A DNA stretch of 64,000 nucleotides from the human T2T-CHM13v2.0 reference genome, Homo sapiens. Where the stretch lies: the NCBI RefSeq assembly GCF_009914755.1, contig NC_060935.1, one strand, 5' to 3'. How positions within the stretch are numbered: the first letter of the stretch is position 1; each line of letters begins with the position of its first letter. The notes under the pieces were generated by a model. It was not told the DNA's origin. It searched no databases and worked only from the letters and a program-made list of their open reading frames with translations. The position numbers and the translations under genes were made by a program. This document shows positions 61,168-64,000 of this stretch, piece after piece.

Positions 61168-61979
61168 TGTGGTGAACACTCACTTTAGTAATGAAAATTA
61201 TTATTGAGGAAGAAGGTCTGAGTTCAAACTTTGATGTTTATTATTTTTATGGTTGCAAAGGATAATGTATTTAAGACAACTCTGAGTTCTTTTGAATAAA
61301 TACTGGTGTTCACAAGTAATATTTTGAGGATCACTTATTAACTTTGAGAACAAGCAAAGCTCCATCTCATTTTTCCTCTCTCAGTATGTGGTACTACCAG
61401 CCACTCATTTTGCTCACATCTGAAACTTAGGAGTTATCTAGAAAGCCTCCCTAGTTTTGAACAGCATATTTATTCACTGAGTCCTGTTGTTTCTACTTTC
61501 TTAATCTTAAATTCATCTACTTCTGTCCATTTGCCTCACTAAAAATCTCTTCTAGGCCATTTTCATCATCTATTGCCTCCATTACTCCAGCAGCCCCCTA
61601 ATTGGTCACAGTGCCTCCAATCTTGCCCTCTTCCCATCCACAGAATACTCAGAGCAATATTTTTGCCACACAATTCTATCGGGCATGTAAATTTTTTCAG
61701 TGGCCCTGCAAAATCTAAGCTTTTTAAGGAATGTCTTTGCTCTACAAATGTGACCTTTGCTTACCTTTTTAAACTATGTTCTTGTCACTCTCAAGCCGTA
61801 TTAAAGAATTGAGCTGCCTGAATGCATATGTTGTCATCTCTAACCCTTTATACAAACTGGATCTTCTGCCTTAGACACATTTAAAGTGGTTCTTTATCCT
61901 CATTTTAACTGGCTCCCACTTGTTCTGCAAGATCTAGCTTCAATATCTCCTCTATAAGAACTTGCCTATAGTCACTAGC

Positions 61980-62138
61980 CCAAGGCTTGGCAAACACCAT
62001 GGCCCATGAACTAAGAGTGCTTTTTAGATTTGTAAAGGATTGTAAAAACATGTATGCAATAGAGGCCATTTGTTGTTGACACAGCCTAAAACATTTACTC
62101 ATTAATCCTTCACAGAAAACATTTACCAACCTCTGCAC
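61980..62138. mobile_element. MER58-like DNA transposon
   Basis: ggcttggcaaac ... acagaaaacatttaccaacctctg. Confidence 0.65.
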
Positions 62139-62657
62139 TAGATTTATATGCTTTGTAAGATAAGGTACTGTGCTTTATTCCAGGTAGGTAACTTTGTGCC
62201 TGGCATTAAACCAATTTATCCAATCTTTAATTAAATGAATTTAATATTCTTAAATTCTGTCTTAGAAAATAAGACACTCAGATGCAGCACTTTATGAAAA
62301 TTCAGATGAGTAGTGAATATCTTATCTGCTTTGGAGAGAAAAACACAACAAATCAGATACTTGCAGGATTAGGCTTTAATGAATTTGAATACAAGGCACA
62401 GGTTTCCAGGTGTATGTAAATACATCTCCATTTTACGTTCTTTAATCGCTTAATCCTTTTGGACCGGGATAAGAGAATATTTGAAATTTCTTATTAAAGC
62501 AATAACTTCCTTAATAGGGCTTTAGTCTTTTTGCTTTTTTTTTTTTTTAAGAGCTGATCATCTGAATTCCTAGTACTTGCAAGTAAATTTTTTTTTTTTT
62601 TCCTTTTCTGTCCACCTACCATTAGGTGGTTCCTAGATCCTGGCAAATTGTCTATGG

Positions 62658-63159
62658 TTAAATGATGCTTTTAATTTCTGTGTCAACACAGACCCTCTTC
62701 GTTGGTGTCTCCAAATTAGTATTCTCTTCCTCTAGTGTGTCATTACAGTCCCTTTTGGCTTTTGTTTCTTCCTCATGGAATAAATGTGGGTGCTCAATTC
62801 GTCCCCTACGTACAAAATGCTGGATCCGGGATTCCAGTCCTTGGCATTTAGGACGGTCCATGAGGGGCTTATATGTGCGCATCTTCACTCCTTCTACAAA
62901 GGCACTGGTCTGCTTTATGACAGAGGGCTTAACATTTCCCCATTCTGTCATTCCATCCATCTTTGGTCCTATTCCACAGGGTACTGGAACAGTGTCCAGT
63001 CCTTGTAGCATACTATACAACATGTGAGTTTTGACAGCATGATTAGCCCACAGTTGTTGTAGGTGGGTAATATTGAACTCCTGAGCCTCCTGGTCATAGA
63101 TCCACTTGACATTTTCAAACTTACAGTCATATAAGACTAGAGGAAATTCTACAGCCATA
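62658..63159 (-). CDS. PUS3: PUS3 (tRNA pseudouridine 38/39 synthase) last coding exon
   Basis: Acceptor tttttctctag on - (AG at 63161-63160), then (S)MAVEFPLVLYDCKF...VDTEIKSII*; TruA/Pus3 C-terminal region. Confidence 0.95.
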
Positions 63160-63919
63160 CTAGAGAAAAAGAGAAAAGAAAGTTTGAGAATACATAACAT
63201 CCATCTAACAGTTCTTTAAAAACTAAGGGTTAGTTGCGTTAAGGGAGCCGGGTAGGGCGCCACCATTGATGTTAATATTGCCTAATAGCTGAGAAAATAT
63301 CTCACCATCCCTAACCTTGAACACCTTTATTACAATAATGAAAAATGCAACAAATCATAGATCAACCTGATCTATGTAAGGTAAATGTCAGTGCTAACAA
63401 GACATGGCTCCATCATACTGCTATAAAATTAAAAACAGCTGGTATTTTTTCCAAATTTGTTAATGGCATTGCAATTTTGTATAGTATGAGTAAAATTATT
63501 GGTATCTATCTCAGCCTGTTCTCAAATGAAAAATCTTGACTATTCTTTCTTTCCTACCATTTTGGAAATAGGAAATTAGGAAAAATTCAGAAGTACAGTA
63601 GGATGACTACTCAGTGATATAAAACAAGCAAGATTTAATATGAATAGTTTGTTCATTTTAATTTTACCACATCCTAACAGTAATACCTCTTAACATAAAT
63701 TCAGAAACACCAATGATGTAGAAATTAATGTCTTTTTACTTAAGGAGCCTGGTCAAAACACCTGCCTCTTTACTCATGGGATAGAACAATGAGAGGAAAT
63801 TAAAATACACTGCTCCCTCTTACATGTTCATAACATTCTACAATTCAGAGTAAAGCTTCATGAAGGCAGAATCAGTGACTTCGTTATTTAGACAGTTACG
63901 GTGGAGAGGAGGATATGCT

Positions 63920-64000
63920 ATTTCTTTTTTTTTTTTTTTAAGACAGTCTCCCTCTGTCACCCATGCTGGAATGCAGTGGTCCAATCTCAGCTCAGTGCAA
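63920..64000 (-). mobile_element. Alu (runs off window)
   Basis: Poly-T followed by agacagtctccctctgtcaccc. Confidence 0.85.

Noticed and set aside
63160-63200. N-terminus MLCILKLSFLFFS of the 180-aa ORF
   Set aside because: Intronic polypyrimidine tract upstream of the PUS3 acceptor

Overview
Human (primate) genomic DNA; gene content matches the PATE4 - HYLS1/PUS3 interval, which I recall is on 11q24.2. From left to right: (1) the complete 3-exon PATE4 gene on the + strand, encoding a 98-aa secreted Ly6/uPAR three-finger protein; (2) a ~45 kb retroelement pile-up containing a deleted L1PA8-10, an old L1M holding a full-length L1PA4/5 that in turn holds a full-length SVA_F-like element, a truncated HERV-IP10/LTR10 provirus, two AluYa5, and many MaLR/ERV1 LTRs, L2/MIR and DNA transposons; (3) the CpG-island promoter and first two non-coding exons of HYLS1 (+); (4) the last coding exon of PUS3 (-), antisense within a HYLS1 intron. 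I see no CRISPR or prokaryotic system, and most ORFs in the track are repeat-derived. The best unexplained signals are: two separate long inverted repeats in the HYLS1 5' introns, one enclosing a 52-nt UTR exon that carries an ATG-TAA element and the other hit by two independent Alus at mirror-image sites; a ~145-bp ancient COX1 NUMT inside an L1; a two-template composite insertion at 50.4 kb; an inverted AluYa5 pair; and a small nested palindrome at 47-116. Repeat subfamily names come from recall of consensus sequences, and repeat boundaries without TSDs are approximate.
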